DNA from: a virus
Lineage: Duplodnaviria; Caudoviricetes
Length of the DNA: 36,764 nucleotides
Virus record (IMG/VR): IMGVR_UViG_3300032136_000011
Location: 1 to 36,764 of that record
Reading direction: 5' to 3' (one strand)
The notes under the pieces were generated by a model. That model was not told where the DNA came from. It saw only the letters and a program-made list of their open reading frames with translations, and did not search any database. The position numbers and the translations under genes are program-made. Position 1 is the first letter of the stretch, and each line of letters starts with the position of its first letter. This document shows positions 25,459 to 34,510 of this stretch, piece by piece.

Positions 25459-26025
25459 TTAGTTACAAGTATACCCGCCCGCAGTTATTAAAGCTAATAT
25501 CTGAGCTTTTCTATCTGCAGTAATCTGGGCATTTTCTTCGATATCATTTACCTGAGTATAACCTGCGCATATATCCCCATTTTCGAAGCTCATAAAAGCG
25601 GGAGCTAGAAGAGTACGAAGAGCGATACGAGTAGGAGCGTCCCAGCCATTAGAGATAGATAGCAGCCTAGCTTCTGAGATAACAGACTTCCCGAAGGCTA
25701 CGTCTTTACCTAGCTGCTCTAATGCTAACTGCTTAGTATATCCTGCTGTGATATCGGTAAAAGTGAGACTAAAAGTATCTGGGCAGCCGTACTCGGTTTT
25801 TAACGTGATTTCGTTAACTCTTTCTTCTATATAGAAGTCGCAGGCCACAGTCTCCCATTTTATCTGGCCCCATTTAGTATAGGTAATTTTAGCGAAATCT
25901 TCTAACTCCGCTCTAGTATCAGCTTCTTTGTAAAGCTGCTCTGAGTTTTTAGTATTAATATCTAACTTCCAGCGAGCTTCGGCTGTAAAAGAGATTAGAA
26001 TAAAAAGTAAAGGTAAAAATCGCAT
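25459..26025 (-). CDS. Signal-peptide-bearing tail-fibre chaperone-like protein
   Basis: MRFLPLLFILISFTAEA signal; beta N-half and helical C-half, directly downstream of the fibre gene; 4 Cys. Confidence 0.6.
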   Translation of the reverse strand: MRFLPLLFILISFTAEARWKLDINTKNSEQLYKEADTRAELEDFAKITYTKWGQIKWETVACDFYIEERVNEITLKTEYGCPDTFSLTFTDITAGYTKQLALEQLGKDVAFGKSVISEARLLSISNGWDAPTRIALRTLLAPAFMSFENGDICAGYTQVNDIEENAQITADRKAQILALITAGGYTCN

Positions 26026-26033
26026 ATTATCTC

Positions 26034-28469
26034 CTATAATTGAGTAGTATCTACGTAGGTACTCGGAAGCTCGCAGACTTCTAAATATGTACCAGTTAAA
26101 AGGTTAGCTAACGTGCGGGCGGCTAGGTTAACCTGTAAAGTACTATCTGTGGCAGTATAAATCTTAGGAGAAAAAGTCGTCCAGCTATCCTGATTAGCTA
26201 CAGTATAGTAATTTCCCGTCCTAAAGTTGTCCATTACGGCAGAAGGTGCGCTATCCTGGAAGGAAATTACCATAGTTGACCTCCCAGCCCCCGTCGACCT
26301 TTCTCTAGCGTACATACGTAATCTATATTTTCTTCCTACGGTTAAATTAGAAAAAGTTAAATCGGACATAACTCCAGTGGAAGCTTTATCTGCTGATAGG
26401 GTTTTAGTCTGGCAGTTAACGGCCATATCTGCTGCTAAATTCTTTACTATCGCTTCTTTATTAGGGATTTCCTGTACATATAGGTGGTGTAGTACCGAGT
26501 TATTAGTATGAATAGCTGTCTTATTTATTTTAATAGCGTAGGTATTTCCTGCGGTTACGTCTATAATACACTCGAAAGGAGCCGCTCTAGAGCTTGAAGC
26601 CTGATATCCGCATATTTTAACCTGGGTCGAACCATTTTCATATATATAAACTGCAAAATCACTCTGAGGAGCGGAGATATAAACTGCCCCGCTAATAATC
26701 CAGGTACCGTCTCTAGGAGCGGTAGCTATGTTATTACCTGCCCAGATACCGTAGGGGTCTTTAACTTCGTTAAAGGTTAGACTAGTAGAGTTAGCTGTGA
26801 TTGACTGCGCTCCGTTTCCCCTACCTTCGAATTGGATTAACTCAGTATCTCCTATCTGCTCGAATACTCCAGCGATAACTTTAGATATATTCCTCAGTCT
26901 AACGTATGGTACAAGGGCCATGTTATTAGGCCTAGTCTCAGACTGCGTAGAAGAGACGGTAATAGCTGGGTCGACGGTGTTAGTACGGGCTGCATTAACC
27001 CCCGTACCTGTAGTACCTCCTGGCCTATTTTTAGACACTCCTACGTTAGTTACTCCGTATCTATGATAGTTAATATCTCCGTTAACTGCTACCCCAGACT
27101 CCCCTTGTAAATGGTAGTGGCCAGCCTGATTAGCAGAAAGTCCATTAACTGCTGTGGTATCGGTCTGCGTAGTACCTACAGCTAGCGAGCCTCCTGCGGC
27201 CCTGATAAATCTATTATCTGTTACTAAGTCTGGTACTCTAAATCCGTCTCCAGAAGTAGTAATCGTACAGTCTCCGTAGGTATCGGAGCCAGTATTAGCT
27301 ATAAAATCTGGGTAGTCGGCTTCTAAGTAGCAGCTCCCGTCGGCCTTTACTAAATCTTCTGTATTAGCGATATCTCCTGCTAGCCAGACGATTTCTCCAG
27401 CCTGATTAGCCGTAGTCTGGACATTTTGGACTGCAGCGTCTAGCCCCGAAGTCCAGCCTAATATAGGTACGTCTATATAGATATCTACACTATCTCCGCT
27501 AACGAAGGTAATGGGAGAAGTAGGATTAACTAGACTGGCCATAGTCGACCCGCTATCGTTAGTTAAAGTAAAATTAGTAGCTGTATTTACTCTAACTCTA
27601 CCTTGCCTAGCTGCTGCTGAGGAGTCCCAGATAAAAAAGTATCCTGCGTTTTTTCTAGCGTTAAAACCTTTAAAGGCAGCTACGTCTATTTCTAGTCCGT
27701 CTGGTAAATTAAAAATAAAGTTACCTCCCGCAGGAGTAGCCGTTAGAGATACCTGTATCCTAATTTCTAGGTTACTCCCTACTCTTCTTTTAGACCCTTC
27801 CGAGGTAAAGCCAGAAGTCCAGCCAGTTATATCTGGGTTAAAATCTTCCCAGTCGGTAATGGGATTTAGAGTACCCGTTAACGCACTACTGGCCTTTACT
27901 CCTCTAGGTACGCTAGAGTCGAATACTAGGAAATCTCCGTCGCTACCTGTAGCGAAGACTGATTTATCTATTTTCATAGAGCAGTCGTCTACGTAGTAGG
28001 TAGCTGATACGTTAGCGGCTTCTAGTTGAATACCGTTAGACGTAGCTCCGATATCGCCTCTAACTTCTAAAAACTCCGAAGAGCCGTCGGTTATAACCGT
28101 CTCTTTTTCTACTAGCCCGTCTTTTAACAGTCGTACTGTTAAATCTGCTCCAGAAGCGGAGAGATAGCAGCTAGCTACGTATTTTAATCCTGAGAAGGAG
28201 GCTAGAGAAGTGATTTCCTGCTTTAACTCTACATTTTGAGAAGCGCAGGATAATTTATAGGATTTATTTAAAAAAGGGATATTAGTCTCTAAAGACCTAG
28301 TACAGGTACCGTTATCCGTCCAGCCTTTATAGCCCTGCTCGAAGCTAGGGTTAACGAAAGCTCCTATCTGCTCTAGATATTGGCTCTGGGCTGGCTTAAT
28401 CTGGGCTTCCGCTACATAGCTAACGAAGCCTAGTAAAATTACCGTTAAAATAAATAAATTTTTTAGCAT
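26034..28469 (-). CDS. Signal-peptide-bearing mosaic tail fibre / adhesin with a tail-collar domain
   Basis: MLKNLFILTVILLGFVSYVAEA signal; NPSFEQ..GW CBM-like start; collar GEIVW...ADGS...YPD...FRVPDL...FIR...ETRPNNMAL; C1q-like segment ATAPRDGTWIISG; 10 Cys. Confidence 0.8.
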   Translation of the reverse strand: MLKNLFILTVILLGFVSYVAEAQIKPAQSQYLEQIGAFVNPSFEQGYKGWTDNGTCTRSLETNIPFLNKSYKLSCASQNVELKQEITSLASFSGLKYVASCYLSASGADLTVRLLKDGLVEKETVITDGSSEFLEVRGDIGATSNGIQLEAANVSATYYVDDCSMKIDKSVFATGSDGDFLVFDSSVPRGVKASSALTGTLNPITDWEDFNPDITGWTSGFTSEGSKRRVGSNLEIRIQVSLTATPAGGNFIFNLPDGLEIDVAAFKGFNARKNAGYFFIWDSSAAARQGRVRVNTATNFTLTNDSGSTMASLVNPTSPITFVSGDSVDIYIDVPILGWTSGLDAAVQNVQTTANQAGEIVWLAGDIANTEDLVKADGSCYLEADYPDFIANTGSDTYGDCTITTSGDGFRVPDLVTDNRFIRAAGGSLAVGTTQTDTTAVNGLSANQAGHYHLQGESGVAVNGDINYHRYGVTNVGVSKNRPGGTTGTGVNAARTNTVDPAITVSSTQSETRPNNMALVPYVRLRNISKVIAGVFEQIGDTELIQFEGRGNGAQSITANSTSLTFNEVKDPYGIWAGNNIATAPRDGTWIISGAVYISAPQSDFAVYIYENGSTQVKICGYQASSSRAAPFECIIDVTAGNTYAIKINKTAIHTNNSVLHHLYVQEIPNKEAIVKNLAADMAVNCQTKTLSADKASTGVMSDLTFSNLTVGRKYRLRMYARERSTGAGRSTMVISFQDSAPSAVMDNFRTGNYYTVANQDSWTTFSPKIYTATDSTLQVNLAARTLANLLTGTYLEVCELPSTYVDTTQL

Positions 28470-28477
28470 TTTATCTC

Positions 28478-29866
28478 CTACTCGTATGCTATAGAGGGGC
28501 TAAACTTTAGAAGCCTAGCGTCGTCTACGGCCGAAGAAGTCTCGTTAATATTATCTCTGTATAATTTTATAAGTAAAATATCCCCTGCGGCCACAGCATT
28601 TCCGTTAATCTGACCTGTAGCATCGGTTAAATCTAAGTCGCCCACTTTAGTTAATGCGTTAGCGGTAGTTAGAGTTAGCTCAGTATTAGCACTTAAATGC
28701 GTATCTAGCCCGCCCGTTACGTCGTCTCCCGTCTCGATTAATGTAGTATCTGCTTTAAAGAGTACGTTATCGGAAGAAGCTGCGCTAAAGAAGGCTGCAT
28801 TTTTTAGGAAAATCTGATTACCTGCTTTATAGCTTTCTGGTACGGTTACTAGAGCGTATACTTCCATATTAGACTCGAAATCGAAATCTAGAAGGCTCAT
28901 ACCGTTATAAATGGACTCAATAGGGGAGATATCCCCAGTTAATTCGAAGATAAAAGAGCCTCCGCCCCCTGCTCCTCCGCCTAGAAGATTTTCTAACTTA
29001 GCTTTCTTTTTATTAAATGAGTCTTCGGAGTCTTCGATTAATACGATATCATTTTCTACTAAATCGATTTTTTCTGTAAAGGTATTAAAGTCGCCTGCTG
29101 CTCTTTTTAACTGAGCGTCGTCGGTTACGTTTCCTAATCCTACCTGGGCGGGAGTATAGTCTCCAGTCTGAGCTACTACTGCTCCAGTACGACCGAATAC
29201 GCTCGTAACCTCGTCGTTAGTATCCCATTTCTGCCAGATAGTACCATTATTAACGGCTTTATCGCCTACATTAAAGGCTATAGCTCCAGCTCCGAAATCT
29301 ACCGAGCCTGCTACCGTACAACGATACCAGAAATTTTCTACTCCAGTATCCGTATTAGCTAGCGTCGGGGTATTAGTAGAAGCGTCCCAGGTACCTTTAT
29401 AGATTAATAAGCTATTAGGTATCTGAGTTAGAGGTATTTTACCGTCTGCATCTAAGGTAGCGATACCTACTGCTAGCGGGGCCGTAACTGAGTCTACCCC
29501 CAGAGAAGCGATAATATCCGCTATATCTCCGTCGTTACTTATAATGGCAGCTAAGTTAGAGGCGATACCGTCTGCATTAATTTTAACCTGAGCGTCTAGC
29601 TTCTCGATAGCTACTTTACGATTATCTCCGTTAGCTATGTAATTTTCGTTAGCATAGATTAGAGCGTTAGGGTCGCCCTCGCCTACGATACCGATAATCT
29701 CGCCTATGGTATAAATATGCTCCTGCAGATTAGTTAAATGCTTATTAACATCTACCCCATTTTGGAGGCTAAGTATCCCAGTTATAATATCGTCTTCGGT
29801 CTTTAGCAGGTAGACTGCATTGGCCTGGACGCTCGATAACTCCTGATTAAATTCTGTTTTTGCCAT
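28478..29866 (-). CDS. Tail fibre protein (proximal, no signal peptide)
   Basis: GIATLDADGKIPLTQIP, YKGTWDASTNTPTL and VTSVFGRTGAV...AQVGLGNV fibre motifs; poly-Gly hinge. Confidence 0.8.
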   Translation of the reverse strand: MAKTEFNQELSSVQANAVYLLKTEDDIITGILSLQNGVDVNKHLTNLQEHIYTIGEIIGIVGEGDPNALIYANENYIANGDNRKVAIEKLDAQVKINADGIASNLAAIISNDGDIADIIASLGVDSVTAPLAVGIATLDADGKIPLTQIPNSLLIYKGTWDASTNTPTLANTDTGVENFWYRCTVAGSVDFGAGAIAFNVGDKAVNNGTIWQKWDTNDEVTSVFGRTGAVVAQTGDYTPAQVGLGNVTDDAQLKRAAGDFNTFTEKIDLVENDIVLIEDSEDSFNKKKAKLENLLGGGAGGGGSFIFELTGDISPIESIYNGMSLLDFDFESNMEVYALVTVPESYKAGNQIFLKNAAFFSAASSDNVLFKADTTLIETGDDVTGGLDTHLSANTELTLTTANALTKVGDLDLTDATGQINGNAVAAGDILLIKLYRDNINETSSAVDDARLLKFSPSIAYE

Positions 29867-30651
29867 TATCTAACCTCTATTTTTAAAAATACCAAGCCGC
29901 TAATTTCGTAATATCCTGGTAACGACTGTCTAACCTTCTCCCGAAGCTCGTACCCTACTCCCTTCGAGTTATTACCAGTTTTATCTAGGATACAAGGTAC
30001 GAAATCGTTAGGCGAGCTGTAGTCGTAGATAAATTCTACTGGAGCTTTAGTAATTAAGTAATCTAAAAAGGCTTCCGCCTCGTCTACTCCAGTACTACTC
30101 TCCCTGATAAATCGCTGCGGTACATAATTAGTAATTAAAGGAAGGTCGCACTTCATACGCTCTAACGTAGAATAGGAGATAACTTCCGTTATGCCCGCTG
30201 GGGTAGTTTTTACCTGAGCTTCTGCTTTTTCTTTATTATATTTAAAGTCTGAAAAGTTTTTTAATGGGGTCTGAGTAATGTAGGCTTCTCCGCTAGCTTC
30301 TCCGCCCTCGTAGGTATTAGACCCAGTTACGTCGGCTCCGCTAAATCCCATTAAAGCGAAGGCAGTTACCGCTTTCTGATTACCTGTATCGATATTTAAG
30401 GTAAAAGCGTTATCTGCGGAGATAACGAGAGTCCTGGTAGCTCGATTTACGGTAACTGTATACTCCTGAGAGCCTGCGCTATTCATAGCTTTAGCTACTT
30501 TATCTGCGAAGCCCGTTAGAGTCGTAGCTCCTATTTCCACTGTGGCCGATAACTGTAATCCCGAGCCGCTTGGCTCAGTAAAGTTAATGTATCGATTATT
30601 TTGCGTAACCGTATGGCCGTAGTAGAAAGCTGAATATTTATTTAATGCCAT
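29866..30651 (-). CDS. Distal tail (Dit-like) protein
   Basis: 261 aa immediately after the tape measure gene. Confidence 0.55.
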   Translation of the reverse strand: MALNKYSAFYYGHTVTQNNRYINFTEPSGSGLQLSATVEIGATTLTGFADKVAKAMNSAGSQEYTVTVNRATRTLVISADNAFTLNIDTGNQKAVTAFALMGFSGADVTGSNTYEGGEASGEAYITQTPLKNFSDFKYNKEKAEAQVKTTPAGITEVISYSTLERMKCDLPLITNYVPQRFIRESSTGVDEAEAFLDYLITKAPVEFIYDYSSPNDFVPCILDKTGNNSKGVGYELREKVRQSLPGYYEISGLVFLKIEVR

Positions 30652-30659
30652 ATTTCTTC

Positions 30660-32567
30660 CTATGTAGTAGCGAAGTTATCGAATACTAGGCCCTGCTTTC
30701 CAGCTTCGCTTCCGATATCTTCTACGACTCCTCTAATAAACTCCTCGTCTCCTTTTATGTTACCGTCTACGTTAAAATTAACTACCGTAGCTGGCCCCGC
30801 AGAAGTACGAGTCTCGTCTAATGTCTCTGTATCTAACTCTCTGTCTTCGAACCTTGGAGCTGGAGCGGTACCTCCTGTAGTATTAGGTACATTTCCTCCG
30901 CCTCCGCCTCCAGCAGCAGCTTTTAATAAGCTACCTAGAGCTACTAACGCTGCCCCTGCTGCGATAGCTCCAGTACCAGAGATAGCATTTAAGGCTTCTA
31001 CTGCGATACCTTCTGCGATAAAGAAGCTACCTAGCTGGATAGCTAAATCCCCTACCGTCTGGAGTAGAAATTTCCCAAAATTTTCGAATACATTTTCGCC
31101 CTTCGCTAGGGAAGTTACGATATTTTGGATACCTCCAGAGATACCCTTGGCCAGGCCTCCCTTTACTATGTTAGCAGTCTGGGTAGCGACCTTGGACATT
31201 TCTTCTTTAGTTTTATTTACTCCGATTTTAACTGCATCGAAAGTATCGAGCGTTAAATCTGCGAAAGTCTGGGAAGTCTCAGTAGCTTTATCTACCTGAG
31301 TCTTTAATCCCTCCTGAGTTACGTTACCTTCTTCTTCGATAATAGCTCGCTGCTCCTGAAAATAGGTACGAAGCTCTTCGTTTTTAACTCTAAGCCCTTC
31401 GGATAGAGAGAAGTTATTTACATTATTTAGCGACTCGGTTAAATCGCCCGCTAACTTTTCAGAAGAAGACGCTAAAATATCTGCTCTATCTTTCCACTGA
31501 GCTACTTCCTCGTCGCTTTCTAATCCGAATTTATTTAAAAACTCTGCTATATTTACTCCCGCTACTGATATAGCTTCTAATAGAGAGTTAATCCCTAGAG
31601 TTACGGAGTCGAATACTACGTCTCCTACGTTTTTAAGTAGCTCGAAGGGAGCGATAACGTAGGTTATAAAAGCTTCGTTAAATCTAACTAACGGAGCTGC
31701 TACGTCGTCGAATACATTAAAATTTTCTTTAAAATCTTTAGTTAGAGACTGTATCGCCCCCGTTAATTTATTAACGATATCTACGACTATGGGGCTAAAT
31801 GCTTTCCCGATAGATGCAGATAGGTTAAAGAAGTTATCACCTAACGTAGAGATAACCCCCGTTAATGTTTTAGACTGCTTCTGCATACCTTGGAAGAAGA
31901 TACCAGTCTCTCCCGTTAGGTTATTTAAAGACTGAGTAAAGGCTTCGAAAGGTACAGTACCTTTAGAGATATCGTCTCTAATAGTTTTTAGCGAGCCTCC
32001 CGTCTGCTTAGCTAACTCTGCATAGATATTAACCCCTCTATCTGCGAATTTATCTAGCTCCTGTAGCGTTAGCTTCTGAGTAGATACAAGTCGCCCGAAG
32101 GGGATAGTTAGCTCGGTAATATCTGCCCCTGCTCCTGCTGCGATATCTCCTAGCTGCTGGAGAGTACCGATAATATTTTCCTGCTCTACCCCGAAAGATA
32201 GTAGCTGCTTAGTAGCTTCGGAGAGTCCTGGTAATTGGAAAGGGGTAGAAGCTGCGAAATCCTGCAGCTCTGCTAGTTGTTTTTGGGCAGCTCCAGCGGA
32301 GCCTAATATAACTTCGAACTGAGTAGAGATTACTTCTAAGGAAGCTGCATCTTTTACCGCTTTAACGAAGGTAATACCTCCGATAGCGGCTGCTGCGGCC
32401 CCGATACGCTTTAAGGAAGGCAGGATATCTTTAGAGCCAGTATCGAAAGACTTAGAAAATTTCTTCCCAGACTTTTCTCCAGACTTTTCGAATTCTTTCT
32501 CGGCCTGGTCGGTAACTACTTTTATATTACCGTTTTTATAGTCAATTATTAGCTGTAAATCCGCCAT
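30660..32567 (-). CDS. Tail tape measure protein
   Basis: FEVILGSA...FAASTPFQL...LLSFG...LGDIAAG tape-measure domain; QSKTLTGVISTLGDNF; Ala/Gly-rich. Confidence 0.92.
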   Translation of the reverse strand: MADLQLIIDYKNGNIKVVTDQAEKEFEKSGEKSGKKFSKSFDTGSKDILPSLKRIGAAAAAIGGITFVKAVKDAASLEVISTQFEVILGSAGAAQKQLAELQDFAASTPFQLPGLSEATKQLLSFGVEQENIIGTLQQLGDIAAGAGADITELTIPFGRLVSTQKLTLQELDKFADRGVNIYAELAKQTGGSLKTIRDDISKGTVPFEAFTQSLNNLTGETGIFFQGMQKQSKTLTGVISTLGDNFFNLSASIGKAFSPIVVDIVNKLTGAIQSLTKDFKENFNVFDDVAAPLVRFNEAFITYVIAPFELLKNVGDVVFDSVTLGINSLLEAISVAGVNIAEFLNKFGLESDEEVAQWKDRADILASSSEKLAGDLTESLNNVNNFSLSEGLRVKNEELRTYFQEQRAIIEEEGNVTQEGLKTQVDKATETSQTFADLTLDTFDAVKIGVNKTKEEMSKVATQTANIVKGGLAKGISGGIQNIVTSLAKGENVFENFGKFLLQTVGDLAIQLGSFFIAEGIAVEALNAISGTGAIAAGAALVALGSLLKAAAGGGGGGNVPNTTGGTAPAPRFEDRELDTETLDETRTSAGPATVVNFNVDGNIKGDEEFIRGVVEDIGSEAGKQGLVFDNFATT

Positions 32568-32817
32568 TACTTAAAATCCTTTTCAAGTCTTCTTCCTCTA
32601 CCATACGCTCAGTCTTATACTTCTCGTCAACGAGCTTAAAAATACTATTTATATGCTCGTCTCTAGCTTTCTGGGGCATATTTACGGTTAAATAATCCAA
32701 TATGCCATGTACTCTTCTAAGGGCGACGTTACTCACCATGGCCGAATACATTTTAGAAAGCCTGGTAGTAGGTAGTCTCTCCATTTCTAGAGGGCTGATA
32801 GAGTAGTAGTGGGCCAT
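32542..32817 (-). CDS. Tail assembly chaperone, T-like (C-terminal frameshift partner)
   Basis: Lies between the G-like gene and tape measure; in the -1 frame of the upstream gene and open back to the slippery site. Confidence 0.75.
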   Translation of the reverse strand: MAHYYSISPLEMERLPTTRLSKMYSAMVSNVALRRVHGILDYLTVNMPQKARDEHINSIFKLVDEKYKTERMVEEEDLKRILSNGGFTANN

Positions 32818-32849
32818 TTCGTATACTACTTTCTCAGTCTCGGAGATTT

Positions 32850-33101
32850 CTACTTTTTTATCGAGTTAACTTCCTTCCAGATTTCGATAATATGTTTAGC
32901 CTTAATAGGCTTTAACTCGAAAAATTTTTCTTCTAATCCCAGCTTTTTTAGCCACGAAATCATTAAATCCGTAGCTTCTTCTCCGCTTTTTTCCTGGAAG
33001 TCTTTAGAAATTTCCTGCGCTTCTGCGAAGCTCGGATATTCTACGCTAAAAACTTCTGGGCCTACTTTAATCTGAAATTTTTCTTCTTTAATTACTAACA
33101 T
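32850..33101 (-). CDS. Tail assembly chaperone, G-like
   Basis: 83 aa after the tail tube gene; ends ATA AAA AAG TAG. Confidence 0.75.
   Translation of the reverse strand: MLVIKEEKFQIKVGPEVFSVEYPSFAEAQEISKDFQEKSGEEATDLMISWLKKLGLEEKFFELKPIKAKHIIEIWKEVNSIKK
32853..32859 (-). other. -1 programmed ribosomal frameshift site A AAA AAG
   Basis: The -1 frame reads AAA GTA GAA ATC TCC GAG ACT GAG AAA GTA GTA TAC GAA ATG GCC into the next ORF. Confidence 0.8.
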
Positions 33102-33126
33102 TATTTACCTCGTTACGTTAGTTATT

Positions 33127-33148
33127 AGGGGCCGAAGCCCCTTTTTTT
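33127..33148. terminator. Hairpin after the tail tube gene
   Basis: Minus strand AGGGGC-TTCG-GCCCCT (cUUCGg tetraloop); the T-run is on the plus strand. Confidence 0.6.
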
Positions 33149-33150
33149 AA

Positions 33151-34074
33151 TTATACTGCTGATCTATCTACTAGCGAAATATCTCCGATAGAGAAGATAT
33201 TAATAGCTTCTGGCATAGTAGCGTCGAAAGCCGATACGAACTCGCACTCGATTACTTGTAGCTCTTTATTAAAGTTAATAGAGCTTGGAGTAGGAGCTGC
33301 TAGCATCTGCCAGTCGTTACTTCTATCGGTATAGGCTGCGTTAGCATCATGGCCTACTAATTTTCCAATTTTAGGCATTAATGAAGCGAAAAAGTTAGCT
33401 GTACCGAAGCCGATTAGTTTATCTGCTCCATTTACATACTCTCCGCCTAGAGGCTTAATAAAAATTTCTTCGAATTTTTCTCTAGAAGTATCGGTTAGAC
33501 TTAGAGTAATGGTAGCTAAGACATTTAAAAGAAATTTTTCGACGATAGCGTTACCCGTTGCGTCTGCAGTCTGATCTAGGTACTCGAATTCGAAAGAAGC
33601 CGAAGCTCCGTCCTCAGAAAGAAGGCCTAAAGCCCCGCCAAAGGACTGCTGTCCGATAGTTACGTCTAAATCAGTTACTCCCGTTACGTCCTCGTCTGTA
33701 ATAAGACCTAGATACTCGTTACGGATTTCGACGTTAGTACCGTCGATAGCTACCTGCATGAGTCCAGCCTGAGCCGAAGCTTCTAGTTGTACTTTAACGT
33801 CTGCGATAAAAGCTGCTAAGTCTGCGGCTGCTGCTGCATCTACTGTAGCGATTTTGGTTAATCCTGCTGGAGTCGGGTCTGCCCCTCCGTTAGTTACATG
33901 GATATATCCAAGTAACTCGGTATAGTCCTCATTAATTAAATTTAGAGGTACCGCTTCTTCTCCTGCTGGTACTGCGCTCCATACGTGCGCTCTGCAATGC
34001 TCTAGCCCGTAGAACCATCTTTTCGGATTTACTTTAGAATTTACAGTCTTCTTCGACTTACATACCTTGGCCAT
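33151..34074 (-). CDS. Major tail tube protein with an inserted extra domain
   Basis: 307 aa; LGLLSEDG...DQTADATG...ATITLSLTD tube pattern; between the terminator and chaperone genes. Confidence 0.75.
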   Translation of the reverse strand: MAKVCKSKKTVNSKVNPKRWFYGLEHCRAHVWSAVPAGEEAVPLNLINEDYTELLGYIHVTNGGADPTPAGLTKIATVDAAAAADLAAFIADVKVQLEASAQAGLMQVAIDGTNVEIRNEYLGLITDEDVTGVTDLDVTIGQQSFGGALGLLSEDGASASFEFEYLDQTADATGNAIVEKFLLNVLATITLSLTDTSREKFEEIFIKPLGGEYVNGADKLIGFGTANFFASLMPKIGKLVGHDANAAYTDRSNDWQMLAAPTPSSINFNKELQVIECEFVSAFDATMPEAINIFSIGDISLVDRSAV

Positions 34075-34076
34075 AA

Positions 34077-34508
34077 TTACTCCTCTATTCCATAAGATAT
34101 CGTAAAAATAAAGGTAATCTCGTAGCTATAAATATCCTGCGAGTCTTCTACTTCCCCAGGGGATACGCTAGAGCTTTTTATCCCTTTAATATAATCTTTA
34201 TTAATAATTGACGTAATGTCTAGTATTACGTCTTTTATGATTAATGCATGAGTAAATCCCTCGTCGAAGACGGCCGATTTATCGTCGCCTCCCTGTCTAA
34301 AGAGAGTTAAAGTTACGGGGATTTCTACTGCATTACCTAAATCGTCGTTAATTATCGCTGTACTGGCCCCCATGCGGATAGCATACTGTAAATCTACTCT
34401 ATCTCCCGCTACTTCCGATACGTCGAAAAATGGGTCGTCGATTTCTAAGTATCTGCTATCACAGGCCTTTATCGATGTTTTAATATGATTTCTGATTTCT
34501 GCTATCAT
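34077..34508 (-). CDS. Tail terminator-like protein
   Basis: 143 aa, ends in YSYEITFIFTI strand, precedes the tube gene. Confidence 0.6.
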   Translation of the reverse strand: MIAEIRNHIKTSIKACDSRYLEIDDPFFDVSEVAGDRVDLQYAIRMGASTAIINDDLGNAVEIPVTLTLFRQGGDDKSAVFDEGFTHALIIKDVILDITSIINKDYIKGIKSSSVSPGEVEDSQDIYSYEITFIFTISYGIEE

Positions 34509-34510
34509 AA

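Noticed and set aside
26034-28469. Diversity-generating retroelement or invertible fibre tip
   Set aside because: No reverse transcriptase or invertase, and I saw no duplicated template of the fibre 3' end
30930-31060. Hydrophobic stretch in the tape measure as a separate membrane system
   Set aside because: Ala/Gly-rich hydrophobic segments are normal in tape measure proteins
26227-31299. Plus-strand ORFs opposite the tail genes (e.g. 27511-27996, 30757-31299) and similar antisense ORFs elsewhere
   Set aside because: Shadow frames of well-supported genes, without an RBS or recognisable motifs
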